Below are positions 30,040-39,628 of a stretch of DNA of 64,000 nucleotides, in pieces. A program made the translations under genes and the position numbers. Each line of letters starts with the position of its first letter. Position 1 is the stretch's first letter. Under the pieces are notes generated by a model. That model was not told where the DNA came from. It worked only from the letters and a program-made list of their open reading frames with translations, and searched no databases. Origin of the DNA: Methanomicrobiales archaeon (lineage in GTDB: Archaea > Halobacteriota > Methanomicrobia > Methanomicrobiales > Methanospirillaceae); NCBI GenBank assembly GCA_037137755.1, contig JBAXJR010000001.1:32001-96000 (forward strand), given 5' to 3'.

Positions 30040-31244
30040 GTGTCTTTCTCGAAACAGTCCTCGTTGAAGAGGCAATCACAACGATAAAAGCCATTGCACC
30101 CCTGCCACAGACCGAATTGCTCCCCCTGGAATCCGTATCCGGGCGTGTCCTTTCCGAAGATATCAGGGCAGATATTGATATCCCTGGGTTTGACCGCTCA
30201 GTCGTCGACGGGTATGCAGTGAGATCTGCTGATACAGGCGGGGCAGGGGAGGCAGTGCCCGCCATGCTCAGGCGGGCAGGAAGAATGAATATGGGTGAGC
30301 AGGCTGCCCTGTATCCTGACACCCATGGCACATGTGTCTATGTCCCTACCGGTGGTGAACTGCCCATGGGGTTCGATGCAGTCGCAATGATCGAATATTG
30401 CGAACTGATCGGTGATATGGTTCTCGTAAAGCGGCCACTTGCGAACGGGGAGAATATTATCCTGTGCGGGGAGGATTTCCATGCCGCTGAAATTGTAATG
30501 AAATCCGGGAGTCGTCTCAGTTCCAGGGATATCGGGGTCCTCGCAGCTGTCGGGTGTCACAGGGTACCGGTTTTCCGGATCCCGAGGATTGGCATCATAT
30601 CTACCGGAAACGAGCTCGTCCCGGTGGCCGAAACCCCCACCGGAAGCAGGGTCCGGGATGTCAACAGTTATCTCTGCGGTTCATACGTGAAAGAGCTCGG
30701 GTGCGAACCCGAACTTTTCGGTATTGTCCAGGATGAACGGGGCGTATTCCAGGCAGCACTTGATTCCGCACTGGCCGGCTGTGACGCAGTCCTGATATCT
30801 GGCGGAAGTTCAAAAGATGAACGGGATATGACCGCATCCGTGATTCAGGGACGTGGGGAAGTTTTAGTTCACGGAATCGCAATTGCTCCCGGAAAACCTA
30901 CTATTATCGGACTGGCGGCGGGTGTCCCCCTAATCGGCCTGCCGGGGCATCCAGCTTCGGCCTATATCGTCCTTAATGTTGTAGTCCGGCACCTCCTGAA
31001 CCAGATGACCGGTGACCAGTCAGCTGGTCCTGCTACTATGAAATCCACAGCCCTTGAAAATATTCCGTCCATGAAAGGACGCGAGGAATATGTCCGGGTC
31101 CAGGTGACAGACAAGGGGGTCATTCCCCTGTTTGGAAAGTCCGGCCTTCTTAATACGCTTATCAGGAGCAATGGACTGGTAAAGGTCCCTGCCGGCAGCG
31201 AGGGGATCGAAGAAGGCGACCCTGTGGAGGTAATCCAATGGTAA
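30036..31244 (+). CDS. moeA: Molybdopterin molybdo/tungstotransferase MoeA
   Basis: PGFDRSVVDGYAV, STGNEL, SGGSS, PGKPT, GLPGHPASA. Confidence 0.95.
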   Translation: MSVFLETVLVEEAITTIKAIAPLPQTELLPLESVSGRVLSEDIRADIDIPGFDRSVVDGYAVRSADTGGAGEAVPAMLRRAGRMNMGEQAALYPDTHGTCVYVPTGGELPMGFDAVAMIEYCELIGDMVLVKRPLANGENIILCGEDFHAAEIVMKSGSRLSSRDIGVLAAVGCHRVPVFRIPRIGIISTGNELVPVAETPTGSRVRDVNSYLCGSYVKELGCEPELFGIVQDERGVFQAALDSALAGCDAVLISGGSSKDERDMTASVIQGRGEVLVHGIAIAPGKPTIIGLAAGVPLIGLPGHPASAYIVLNVVVRHLLNQMTGDQSAGPATMKSTALENIPSMKGREEYVRVQVTDKGVIPLFGKSGLLNTLIRSNGLVKVPAGSEGIEEGDPVEVIQW

Positions 31245-33094
31245 CACGGTACCTGAAACTTATTACACTCGAGGAAGTACGTTCGCTGATACGGACTTCA
31301 TTTCCTCATACGATTAGTTCTACAAGTATTCCACTCGAGGAAGCAACCGGCCGGATAACTGCAAAACCGATATTTGCGAAATATTCTGTTCCCGAAGTGC
31401 ATCTTTCAGCGATGGACGGGATCGCCGTTCGTAGCATCGATACCCACACAGCCAGTGAACAGCACCCCCTTGTCCTTGGTGGTGTCAGGCGGGTAAACAC
31501 CGGGAATGTTGTCCAGGCACCATACGATGCCGTAATAATGATCGAGGATGTTTCGATCGATGGTGACCGGTTTACCATCCGGAAGGCTGCGGCTCCATGG
31601 CAGCATGTCCGTCCCGCTGGAGAAGACATCGCAGAATCTGAAATGGTACTTCCGTCAATGCACCATATCAGGCCCCATGAAATAGGGGCGCTTGCAGCAT
31701 ACGGTATAACAACTATTGATGTTGTATCCCTGCGTGTCGGGCTCATACCGACGGGAAGTGAGCTGGTTTTCCATGGAGCTTATCCGGCACCCGGACAGGT
31801 TGTCGAGAGCAACACGGTGATGGCCGCTGCCTGGTTAGAGACCCTGGGGATAACCTGTACCCGCTATCCGATTACAACCGATGAACCTGACAGGATACGT
31901 CAGGTGATCGAACGCGGGGTAGAAGAAAATGACCTGGTTATTGTATCCGCCGGTTCATCAGCCGGGACACATGATTTTACCGCAGAGATTATCCGGGAGA
32001 TGGGGGTACTCCTCGCTCACGGTGTAGCAATAAAACCCGGTAAACCCGTGATCATCGGAAAAGTGGAAGGTACCCCGGTCATTGGTATGCCTGGGTACCC
32101 CCTGTCAGCCCTCACGGTCATCCGCGAGATAATTATACCCCTGCTTGCTAATTATGGAATTACGGCCCCGGCAAAAGAGACGCTGAATGCCCGGTTGACC
32201 GCGAGCCTTCATTCAGAGGTGGGGACCGATGAGTTCGTGTTGCTATCGGTCGGGAAAATCGGAGGGCAGTACGTGGCCACCCCCCAGTCACGGGGAGCCG
32301 GGGTACAGATGAGTGCGGTACGAGCGAATGCTTACCTGATAGTTCCGAGGAACCTGGAGGGGTACGAGGCCGGGTCAGAAGCCCCGGTCACCCTGATGGT
32401 GACGAGGGCACAGGCTGATTCGGCACTTCTTATTACCGGAAGCCATGACCCGTCCATAGATTATCTAGCCGATATGCTGCAGAGACGGGGGATAGAAGTC
32501 CATTCCACGCATGCAGGCAGCATGGGAGGCCTGATGGCACTCATGAAAGGTGACTGCCATGCAGCCCCTATGCACCTGCTCTGTGATTCCGGCGACTACA
32601 ACACCTGGTACCTCGAAAAATATCTCCCGGGAGAGGACCTTGTAATCCTGACTGTGGCTGGCAGGGAGCAGGGTATCGTTTCAAAGGATGGAATAGGGAT
32701 TGATGACCTGAAAGGACGACAATTTATCAACCGTCAGAAAGGGTCGGGTACTCGCATCCTGCTTGATTACGAGCTTAATAAACGAGGAATTGATCCTGCT
32801 TCGATACCGGGGTATGACCGGGAAGTCACCACGCATATCGCTGTCGGGCTTGCAGTAAAAACTGGGGAGGCTGATGCAGGGATGTGCGTATATAGTGCAG
32901 CAAAAACCCTCGGGTTGAAATTTGTGCCGGTTGGTAACGAACGGTACGAGATAATTACGCGGAAGGAACACCTTTCAGACCCACGCGTTGCCGCTCTCTT
33001 TGAGACTGTCTCCTCCCCGGAATTCACCGGGACTCTTGACCGTCTCGGTGGATATGATACATCGGAGACTGGTCAACGTCGCCAGTTGCCCTGA
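31238..33094 (+). CDS. moeA: MoeA fused to a C-terminal PBP (LysR-substrate-binding-like) domain
   Basis: SAMDGIAV, PTGSEL, PGKP, PGYPLSA, then GSHD, GSMGGL, REQG, FINRQKGSGTR. Confidence 0.93.
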   Translation: MVTRYLKLITLEEVRSLIRTSFPHTISSTSIPLEEATGRITAKPIFAKYSVPEVHLSAMDGIAVRSIDTHTASEQHPLVLGGVRRVNTGNVVQAPYDAVIMIEDVSIDGDRFTIRKAAAPWQHVRPAGEDIAESEMVLPSMHHIRPHEIGALAAYGITTIDVVSLRVGLIPTGSELVFHGAYPAPGQVVESNTVMAAAWLETLGITCTRYPITTDEPDRIRQVIERGVEENDLVIVSAGSSAGTHDFTAEIIREMGVLLAHGVAIKPGKPVIIGKVEGTPVIGMPGYPLSALTVIREIIIPLLANYGITAPAKETLNARLTASLHSEVGTDEFVLLSVGKIGGQYVATPQSRGAGVQMSAVRANAYLIVPRNLEGYEAGSEAPVTLMVTRAQADSALLITGSHDPSIDYLADMLQRRGIEVHSTHAGSMGGLMALMKGDCHAAPMHLLCDSGDYNTWYLEKYLPGEDLVILTVAGREQGIVSKDGIGIDDLKGRQFINRQKGSGTRILLDYELNKRGIDPASIPGYDREVTTHIAVGLAVKTGEADAGMCVYSAAKTLGLKFVPVGNERYEIITRKEHLSDPRVAALFETVSSPEFTGTLDRLGGYDTSETGQRRQLP

Positions 33095-33527
33095 TAACGG
33101 CGTCATCCGGGGTATCGCAGGCGATTACCCCCGGTATATCCCATGTATGGTACCCGAATACAGGCTTCCCCATCTTAAATGCAGCGGCAATCTCGGAAAG
33201 AGTGCCGTAGGAACCTCCGATCGCGATTACGGCATCTGCAGACTGGATCAGGAGGATATTCCTTGCATGACCAATTCCGGTCCTGATTACAATTCCGGAA
33301 TAGACGTTCTCCCCCGCTATTCCGGGAATAATCCCTACGGTCGTACCTCCCTGTGCGTATGCTCCTTTTGCGGCAGCTTCCATAACCCCGCCAAGACCGC
33401 CAGACAGGAGGATTACATGTTGTTTGGCGAGGAGTCCACCAATCAGTTCAGCTGCCTTGTACTCCTCATTCGAGCACTCTCCTGCGCCTATCACCGCGAC
33501 CTGTTTTATCCTAGCCAATGCCACCAT
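33024..33527 (-). CDS. TIGR00725 family (LOG-like) protein
   Basis: VAVIGAG, GGLGGVMEAAAKGA, GIIPG, ARN, GGSYGTLSEIA. Confidence 0.88.
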   Translation of the reverse strand: MVALARIKQVAVIGAGECSNEEYKAAELIGGLLAKQHVILLSGGLGGVMEAAAKGAYAQGGTTVGIIPGIAGENVYSGIVIRTGIGHARNILLIQSADAVIAIGGSYGTLSEIAAAFKMGKPVFGYHTWDIPGVIACDTPDDAVIRATGDVDQSPMYHIHRDGQESR

Positions 33528-34944
33528 CCCTGTTGATCACCAGCAGTCGCGGTTCCGTCATTTCCCCTATTGCATACCTTGGGCCTTCACGCCCGGTCCC
33601 GGACCCTCTGACCCCGCCATATGGCATATGGTCCACGCGGAACGACGGGATATCATTGATGATCACGCCGCCGACATTCATCTCTTCGAATGCCCGCATC
33701 ACCCGGTTGATGTTCTGGGTGAATATTCCCACCTGAAGTCCGAAATCACTTTCATTTGCAATCCGTAACGCTTCATCGAATTCATCATACGGGGTGACGG
33801 AAATCACCGGGGCAAACACTTCCTCCCTGTTGACACGCATATCAGGGGTTGTCTGCTCCAGTATGGTGGGTGCAAAGAGCCTCCCTTCGTACGTTCCACC
33901 GAGGATAACCCCTGCACCGTTACTAATCGCCTCCTGTACTTTCTGAAGGGCATCTCCGGCTTTTACCTTGTCAATCATCGGGCCTATATCGGTTGCCGGG
34001 TCCCGTGGGTCTCCAACCTTCAGCAAGCTGGCGGAGGCAATTATTTTCGCAACGGTCTCTTTATACACGGTGCGTTGGATGAGGACCCGTTGGACTGATA
34101 TGCAGATCTGGCCGGCATTAAGAAATCCACCGGTCGCGATCCTTGACGCAGCAAGGTCCAGGTTTGCGTCCTCGTGGACGATTACCGCTGCATTTCCTCC
34201 CAGCTCGAGCCCGACCCGTTTGCGGCCTGCGACCTCTTTTAAGTGCCAGCCGACGGCACAACTTCCGGTAAATGAAAGATATGCGACTCTCGGGTCGCGT
34301 ACCATGATCTCTGCCCGTTCACCCGGGCAGGGTACGACACTGACCGCTTCAGCCGGTGCCCCTGCAGAGAGTGCCATTTCGCCCAGGAGGAGACTCGATA
34401 CCGGGGTAGATGATGCAGGTTTAAGGATAATAGAATTGCCCGCTGCAATGGCCGGTGCTAGTTTGTGGCAGGCAAGGTTCAAGGGAAAATTAAACGGTAC
34501 GATCCCGAGAACCGGGCCGACCGGGAACCTCATCAGGTAACCGGTGCGGTGTTTCGTATCTTCGCTCCAGTCGAGCGGGAGTATTTCGCCATAGATCCTC
34601 CGTGCCTCCTCGGCAGAGGTGCGGACTGTCATTTCAGCACGGGCGACCTCTGCAGTGGCGAATTTCCTCGTTTTTCCACCTTCCATCACCATCACATCAA
34701 TGAGGTAATCAGCCCGCCCCCTGATCTCGTCCGCCAGCCGTTCGAGGATTTTTGAACGTTCGGAGGCTGAGAGCCTTCTCATCGTTTCAAAACCCTTCAC
34801 TGCTGCATTCATGGTATCTTCAAGGTCGGAAGGACCAGCCTGGTGCACCCGGGCATAGACTTCTCCGGTATAGGGAAACCGCACATCGGCTATTTCTTTC
34901 GTCTCTCTGGTTTTTCCTCCGATAAGAACAGGGTATATCTCCAT
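33511..34944 (-). CDS. NAD(P)-dependent aldehyde dehydrogenase (lactaldehyde dehydrogenase-like)
   Basis: PFNFPLNL, LKPAS, FTGS, LELGGN, catalytic GQICISVQR, EEVFAP, MPYGGV. Confidence 0.92.
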   Translation of the reverse strand: MEIYPVLIGGKTRETKEIADVRFPYTGEVYARVHQAGPSDLEDTMNAAVKGFETMRRLSASERSKILERLADEIRGRADYLIDVMVMEGGKTRKFATAEVARAEMTVRTSAEEARRIYGEILPLDWSEDTKHRTGYLMRFPVGPVLGIVPFNFPLNLACHKLAPAIAAGNSIILKPASSTPVSSLLLGEMALSAGAPAEAVSVVPCPGERAEIMVRDPRVAYLSFTGSCAVGWHLKEVAGRKRVGLELGGNAAVIVHEDANLDLAASRIATGGFLNAGQICISVQRVLIQRTVYKETVAKIIASASLLKVGDPRDPATDIGPMIDKVKAGDALQKVQEAISNGAGVILGGTYEGRLFAPTILEQTTPDMRVNREEVFAPVISVTPYDEFDEALRIANESDFGLQVGIFTQNINRVMRAFEEMNVGGVIINDIPSFRVDHMPYGGVRGSGTGREGPRYAIGEMTEPRLLVINRDGGIG

Positions 34945-35343
34945 GATCGACCAATCCTGATTTTCCCAGCGATACTACAAACCCCGGTATTCTTGACCTG
35001 GTGAATGGGTCTCGCATGAGACTTATATGTGCATCAGAAATCATTCCTAAAGAACCCACGGATCTGATACGTGCCCGGGCGGGCTCTGCCATTATTCCTG
35101 TTCATAGCAAAATCTCTATTGAATTTTATCTTCTTTTCTCATTACACCGGATTTTAGACTCCATTATACTCTATAAACATACAAGACCTCCTTCATATCT
35201 TCCGTACTATCGGGTATCTGCATGAGAACTTTTTATGAGGAGTACCCCCCCGCGTTGAAAAACTACTTTGTGCTGAAGGGTGAATAGTAGACAATATTCT
35301 CCTCGCTTCACCGCTACCTGAGGAGACTTTTGAGGGATGAAGG

Positions 35344-38300
35344 TTGAAGGAAGTAACCAGCAGTTATAATGCCCACGAGATCGAGGAATCTGTCCAGCAG
35401 TTGTGGCATGATGAGGATACCTTTTTAAAAGTTCAGGCGCTCCACGCAGGCGACCCGCCGTTTTTCTTTGTCGATGGTCCGCCGTATACCACCGGTCATA
35501 TCCATCTCGGCACTGCGTGGAACAAGATCTTAAAAGACAGCCTGCTCCGCTACCACCGGATGTGCGGGAGGCACGTGATCGCCAGGGCGGGGTATGATAT
35601 GCATGGGCTCCCGATCGAGGTCAGGGTAGAGCAGCAACTTGGTTTCTCTTCCAAGAAAGATATCGAAACATTCGGGATTGAGAAATTTATCGACCATTGT
35701 CGCGATTTTGCTGAGGTAAATAAGGACGTGATGAGCGGCCAGTTTAAAAAATTAGGGATCTGGCTGGACTTTGATAACCCGTACCAGACGATCCAGCCTG
35801 AATATATCGAAGCTGCATGGTGGACAATCCAGAGGGCTTCTGAACGTGGGATGCTTGAACGGGGGTTCCGCGTGGTGAACTGGTGCCCCCGGTGTGCGAC
35901 AGCAATCGCAGATGCGGAAGTCGAATACTGGGAGGAGACCGACCCTTCAATCTTCGTAAAATTCCCGCTGACGGGCAAATCCGGGGAATCCCTCGTGATA
36001 TGGACCACGACCCCGTGGACACTCCCCGCCAACGTCGCTGTAGCGGTCAACCCCGGTCTCTTCTACGCCCGTGTAAAGGCAGTGAAGGGTGAAACGGAAG
36101 AAATACTTTGGATTGCCTCGGAACTGGTGGAACCCGTCCTTAAGAAAGGCAAGTACCAGGACTATACTATCCTCGAAGAAAAGAAGGGCAAAGACCTGGT
36201 CGGTATGACCTACGACTCCCCGCTCGCAGAGCAGGTCCCCCTCCAGAAAGAGGTGATGCACCGGGTTGTCGTGGCGGACTTTGTTGCCAAAGAGAACACC
36301 GGGTTCGTACATATCGCCCCCGGCCACGGTTGGGACGACTACCTGCTCGGCCAGAAGGAGGGGCTTGCTATCATCTGCCCCGTTGATGCTACCGGGCACT
36401 TTACCAAGGAGGGCGGTGCGTTTGAATGCATGTTTGTCAAGGACGCAGATGAGGTAGTCCTTAAGGAACTAGGGGATTACCTCCTCGCAAAAGGCAGGGT
36501 TACCCACCGCTACGGCCACTGCTGGAGGTGCAAGACCCCGATCATCTTCCGTGCCACGTCGCAATGGTTCTTAAAGGCATCAGCAATGAAGGAACGGATG
36601 CTCGAGGAAGTCGCCATCGTAAAATGGTACCCCGAATGGGCGGGAAGTGCCCGTTTCTACGACTGGATTAAGGAGGCCCGTGACTGGTGTATCTCGCGGC
36701 AGCGGTACTGGGGTATCCCGATACCGATATGGGAATGCACGAAATGTGGCCATATCAGGGTCTTTGGTACGATAGCGGAGCTCGAGGGTGCAAGCGGGAC
36801 TCCTTTACCCGACCCTCACCGTCCGCATGTGGACAAGGTGACGGTGCCGTGCAGTTGTGGCGGGACGATGCGCCGCGTGGAAGATATCTTTGATGTCTGG
36901 TTTGATTCCGCCGTTGCGTCATGGGCGACCCTCAGGTACCCGGGCAACAAAGAAGCGTTTGACCAGCTGTGGCCCGCTGATTTCATCGCCGAAGGCCAGG
37001 ACCAGACGCGTGGCTGGTTCTACTCGCAACTTGGCGCGAGCACGATTGCGTTCGACTGTTCACCGTATAAGAGCGTCCTCATGCATGGTTTTGCACTTGA
37101 TGCGGAAGGTCGTAAAATGAGTAAAAGTCTCGGTAACGTGGTCACTCCTGAAGAAATTGTTGCGGCACAGGGTGTGGACGTTTTGAGGTTGTATGTCCTT
37201 TCCTCAAGTGCACCGTGGGACGACCTGAAATTCAACTGGGACGGTATCAAGACCGTAAACAGGACGATGAACATATTCTGGAATGTTTACCGGTTCCCTT
37301 TACCCTACATGATCCTCGATCACTGGCAGCCCGCTAACAATGGGGGGCACTGGGATGACGCCTATGTGAAAGGACATATCACCCGGATGCCAGACGAGGA
37401 CCGCTGGATTATTTCCCGTGTCAACAGCCTTGCACAACAGATGAACGAGGCGATCGGTGAATGCCAGCTCCACAAGGTCACCCGTGGACTGATCTCTTTC
37501 ATCCTTGACGACCTATCACGGTGGTACGTGCAGCTGGTCAGGCCAAGGCTCTGGCTCGAAGAAGAATCAGAAGTGAAAAAGTTTGCCTACGAGACGATGT
37601 ACTATGTAATGCGGCAGCTCGTCACCCTCCTTGCACCATTTACCCCGCATATCACTGAGGTAATGTATAACAATATCCGGCTCCCGGCTGACCCTGTCAG
37701 TGTCCATATGCTCCCATGGTTCACGGGTGATCGAAGCCTTATCGACACAGGGATCGAATCCCGGATGGGCATTGTGCAGTCATTTGATGAAGCACAGGCA
37801 AATGCCCGGCAGTCAGGAAAAAGGAAGCTCCGCTGGCCGGTGTCTGAATGTGTTATCTCTACGACATCACCGGATATCAAGGCCGCTATAGAGCAGTTAA
37901 ACGGTCTCTGTTGTGACCGTGCGAATGCAAAGTGTGTCAGGGTTGTCGAAGGGACCTATGACCGGATCTCATGGAATGCCGAACCGGTCATGAAGGCTCT
38001 GGGCCCGGGTTTTGGCAGGGATGCCCCGAAGGTGAAGGAATTAATCCTCGCCGCTGACGGGAACAAGGTCCGGGAAACCACGCTTGCCGGTAAGATGTAT
38101 ACCCTCATCTCCGGGGATGACCATTTTGATATCGGGAGCGAACATGTTACCTTTGTCGAAGGCCTTCCCGGCTCGGTTTTTTCTGCACCGATGCAGGATG
38201 CCACTGTATATGTCGATACAGCGCTCACCCCGGAACTCGAGGCTGAAGGGAATGCGAGAGAGGTAATCCGCCGTATCCAGGAGATGCGTCGCCAGCTTGA

Positions 38301-38532
38301 CCTCAATGTTGAAGATTTCATCTCTTCATATGTGATAATCAATGACCCCCGTATCTGTGAACTTGTCAGTTCCCAGTGGAAAGAAGGGATCATGGAGGAA
38401 GTCAGGGCTAAACAGCTGACGATGTCCGGGCCTGGCTCCATCGCGCCGGAAGGGAGATGGGGGCTAGAAAAAGACTGGGATATTGAAGGCCTTTCGGTAC
38501 GGATAGGGATATCAGGGTTCCCTGATCAGTGA
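35344..38532 (+). CDS. ileS: Isoleucine--tRNA ligase (archaeal/eukaryotic type)
   Basis: DGPPYTTGHIHLG, GYDMHGLPIE, WTTTPWTLP, DWCISRQRYWG, EGQDQTRGWF, KMSKS. Confidence 0.98.
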   Translation: MKEVTSSYNAHEIEESVQQLWHDEDTFLKVQALHAGDPPFFFVDGPPYTTGHIHLGTAWNKILKDSLLRYHRMCGRHVIARAGYDMHGLPIEVRVEQQLGFSSKKDIETFGIEKFIDHCRDFAEVNKDVMSGQFKKLGIWLDFDNPYQTIQPEYIEAAWWTIQRASERGMLERGFRVVNWCPRCATAIADAEVEYWEETDPSIFVKFPLTGKSGESLVIWTTTPWTLPANVAVAVNPGLFYARVKAVKGETEEILWIASELVEPVLKKGKYQDYTILEEKKGKDLVGMTYDSPLAEQVPLQKEVMHRVVVADFVAKENTGFVHIAPGHGWDDYLLGQKEGLAIICPVDATGHFTKEGGAFECMFVKDADEVVLKELGDYLLAKGRVTHRYGHCWRCKTPIIFRATSQWFLKASAMKERMLEEVAIVKWYPEWAGSARFYDWIKEARDWCISRQRYWGIPIPIWECTKCGHIRVFGTIAELEGASGTPLPDPHRPHVDKVTVPCSCGGTMRRVEDIFDVWFDSAVASWATLRYPGNKEAFDQLWPADFIAEGQDQTRGWFYSQLGASTIAFDCSPYKSVLMHGFALDAEGRKMSKSLGNVVTPEEIVAAQGVDVLRLYVLSSSAPWDDLKFNWDGIKTVNRTMNIFWNVYRFPLPYMILDHWQPANNGGHWDDAYVKGHITRMPDEDRWIISRVNSLAQQMNEAIGECQLHKVTRGLISFILDDLSRWYVQLVRPRLWLEEESEVKKFAYETMYYVMRQLVTLLAPFTPHITEVMYNNIRLPADPVSVHMLPWFTGDRSLIDTGIESRMGIVQSFDEAQANARQSGKRKLRWPVSECVISTTSPDIKAAIEQLNGLCCDRANAKCVRVVEGTYDRISWNAEPVMKALGPGFGRDAPKVKELILAADGNKVRETTLAGKMYTLISGDDHFDIGSEHVTFVEGLPGSVFSAPMQDATVYVDTALTPELEAEGNAREVIRRIQEMRRQLDLNVEDFISSYVIINDPRICELVSSQWKEGIMEEVRAKQLTMSGPGSIAPEGRWGLEKDWDIEGLSVRIGISGFPDQ

Positions 38533-39243
38533 AGCAAGGAATTTCTGCCCTTCAGGGGTATTAAAAAGCGGTAGTTCCTCATCGATTGTCACCGAACTCC
38601 TGAGGGTTTCTGCCGTTTCATTGGTAACGGGATTGAACCCGTGAACTTTTTTTAACATCTTATAGACCATGGCGCCACGACGCTGCCATGCCGGGGTCGT
38701 TGCAAGGTTCACACCCCGTGCGAACATCATCTCGTGGAGAGCTTTTGCCGGCATCCCGACAAGAGTCCTCTGGGTGTCAGCCGGGGTCATTCCCTCGTCC
38801 GTCAGCGCGGCCTGGCAATATGCGTTGATGTGGTTCCGCCATGCCTCATGTTGCCGGTTTTTCAGGTACTCTGCCGCAAGCTCATGGGTTATCTGGACAA
38901 TCCGTGCGTCAAATGCAACCGGGCTTTCGGGATGAAGGTCCAGGGAAATGGCGCTGGCAGCATAGGATGATGCAATGGAATCGATCTTCTCTACCCTTCC
39001 ACGGAAAGGCACCGAGCTGAAGTACATGCTTATCTCGTCTGAAAATGTATAGGCGAAATCAGGGTTAAGACCGGAGTGAGAAACCAGGGACTCCGAGACA
39101 TGAACCATTGCGCGATGGAACATTTCATCAAAAGGTTTCTCGAATGACAGATGCACAGCGAGCCGGTGAAAAGCCCTTCCATCAATCCTTACAAAAATGG
39201 GTGGGACTGTGATGAGATTGCTGAACAGTTCCCGTTGTTTCAT
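38512..39243 (-). CDS. thg1: tRNA(His) guanylyltransferase / Thg1-like 3'-5' polymerase
   Basis: RIDGRAFH, FEKPFD, YTFSDEIS, FDAR, WRNHINAY, PAWQRRG. Confidence 0.92.
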   Translation of the reverse strand: MKQRELFSNLITVPPIFVRIDGRAFHRLAVHLSFEKPFDEMFHRAMVHVSESLVSHSGLNPDFAYTFSDEISMYFSSVPFRGRVEKIDSIASSYAASAISLDLHPESPVAFDARIVQITHELAAEYLKNRQHEAWRNHINAYCQAALTDEGMTPADTQRTLVGMPAKALHEMMFARGVNLATTPAWQRRGAMVYKMLKKVHGFNPVTNETAETLRSSVTIDEELPLFNTPEGQKFLASLIREP

Positions 39244-39319
39244 GGTAGTTAGTCCGGATGATCTACCCGGAATGAAAATACCGTTATCCGGGATATTTTT
39301 TAGAATTACTTACAACAAT

Positions 39320-39577
39320 TCACATCTCTTCTGCTTTGAATGCACCCGGAAGATGGCGGATGATAACAATATCGCCGATACTTCCAATGATACGGAACGG
39401 CACTTTAAGTCCCTTGTAATTCTTAATATCGACGAGTTCCGGGTTTAATTTTCCCACAACAACAGACTCAATTTTTTTCCCGTCAACATCGATGACGATA
39501 TCTTCCACTTCACCGACAAAAATACTCTTTTCGGTGTAGACATTCAGTCCGAACATTTCAGTAATCTGTTTTCTCAT
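39320..39577 (-). CDS. PRC-barrel protein (CdpB-like)
   Basis: GLNVYT...FVGEVEDIVID, VPF..I.SIGDIVII single PRC barrel. Confidence 0.85.
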   Translation of the reverse strand: MRKQITEMFGLNVYTEKSIFVGEVEDIVIDVDGKKIESVVVGKLNPELVDIKNYKGLKVPFRIIGSIGDIVIIRHLPGAFKAEEM

Positions 39578-39628
39578 CCTGATCAATCCATGAATATATA
39601 CGAGAACAGTTAAAAAGATACTCTTTTA

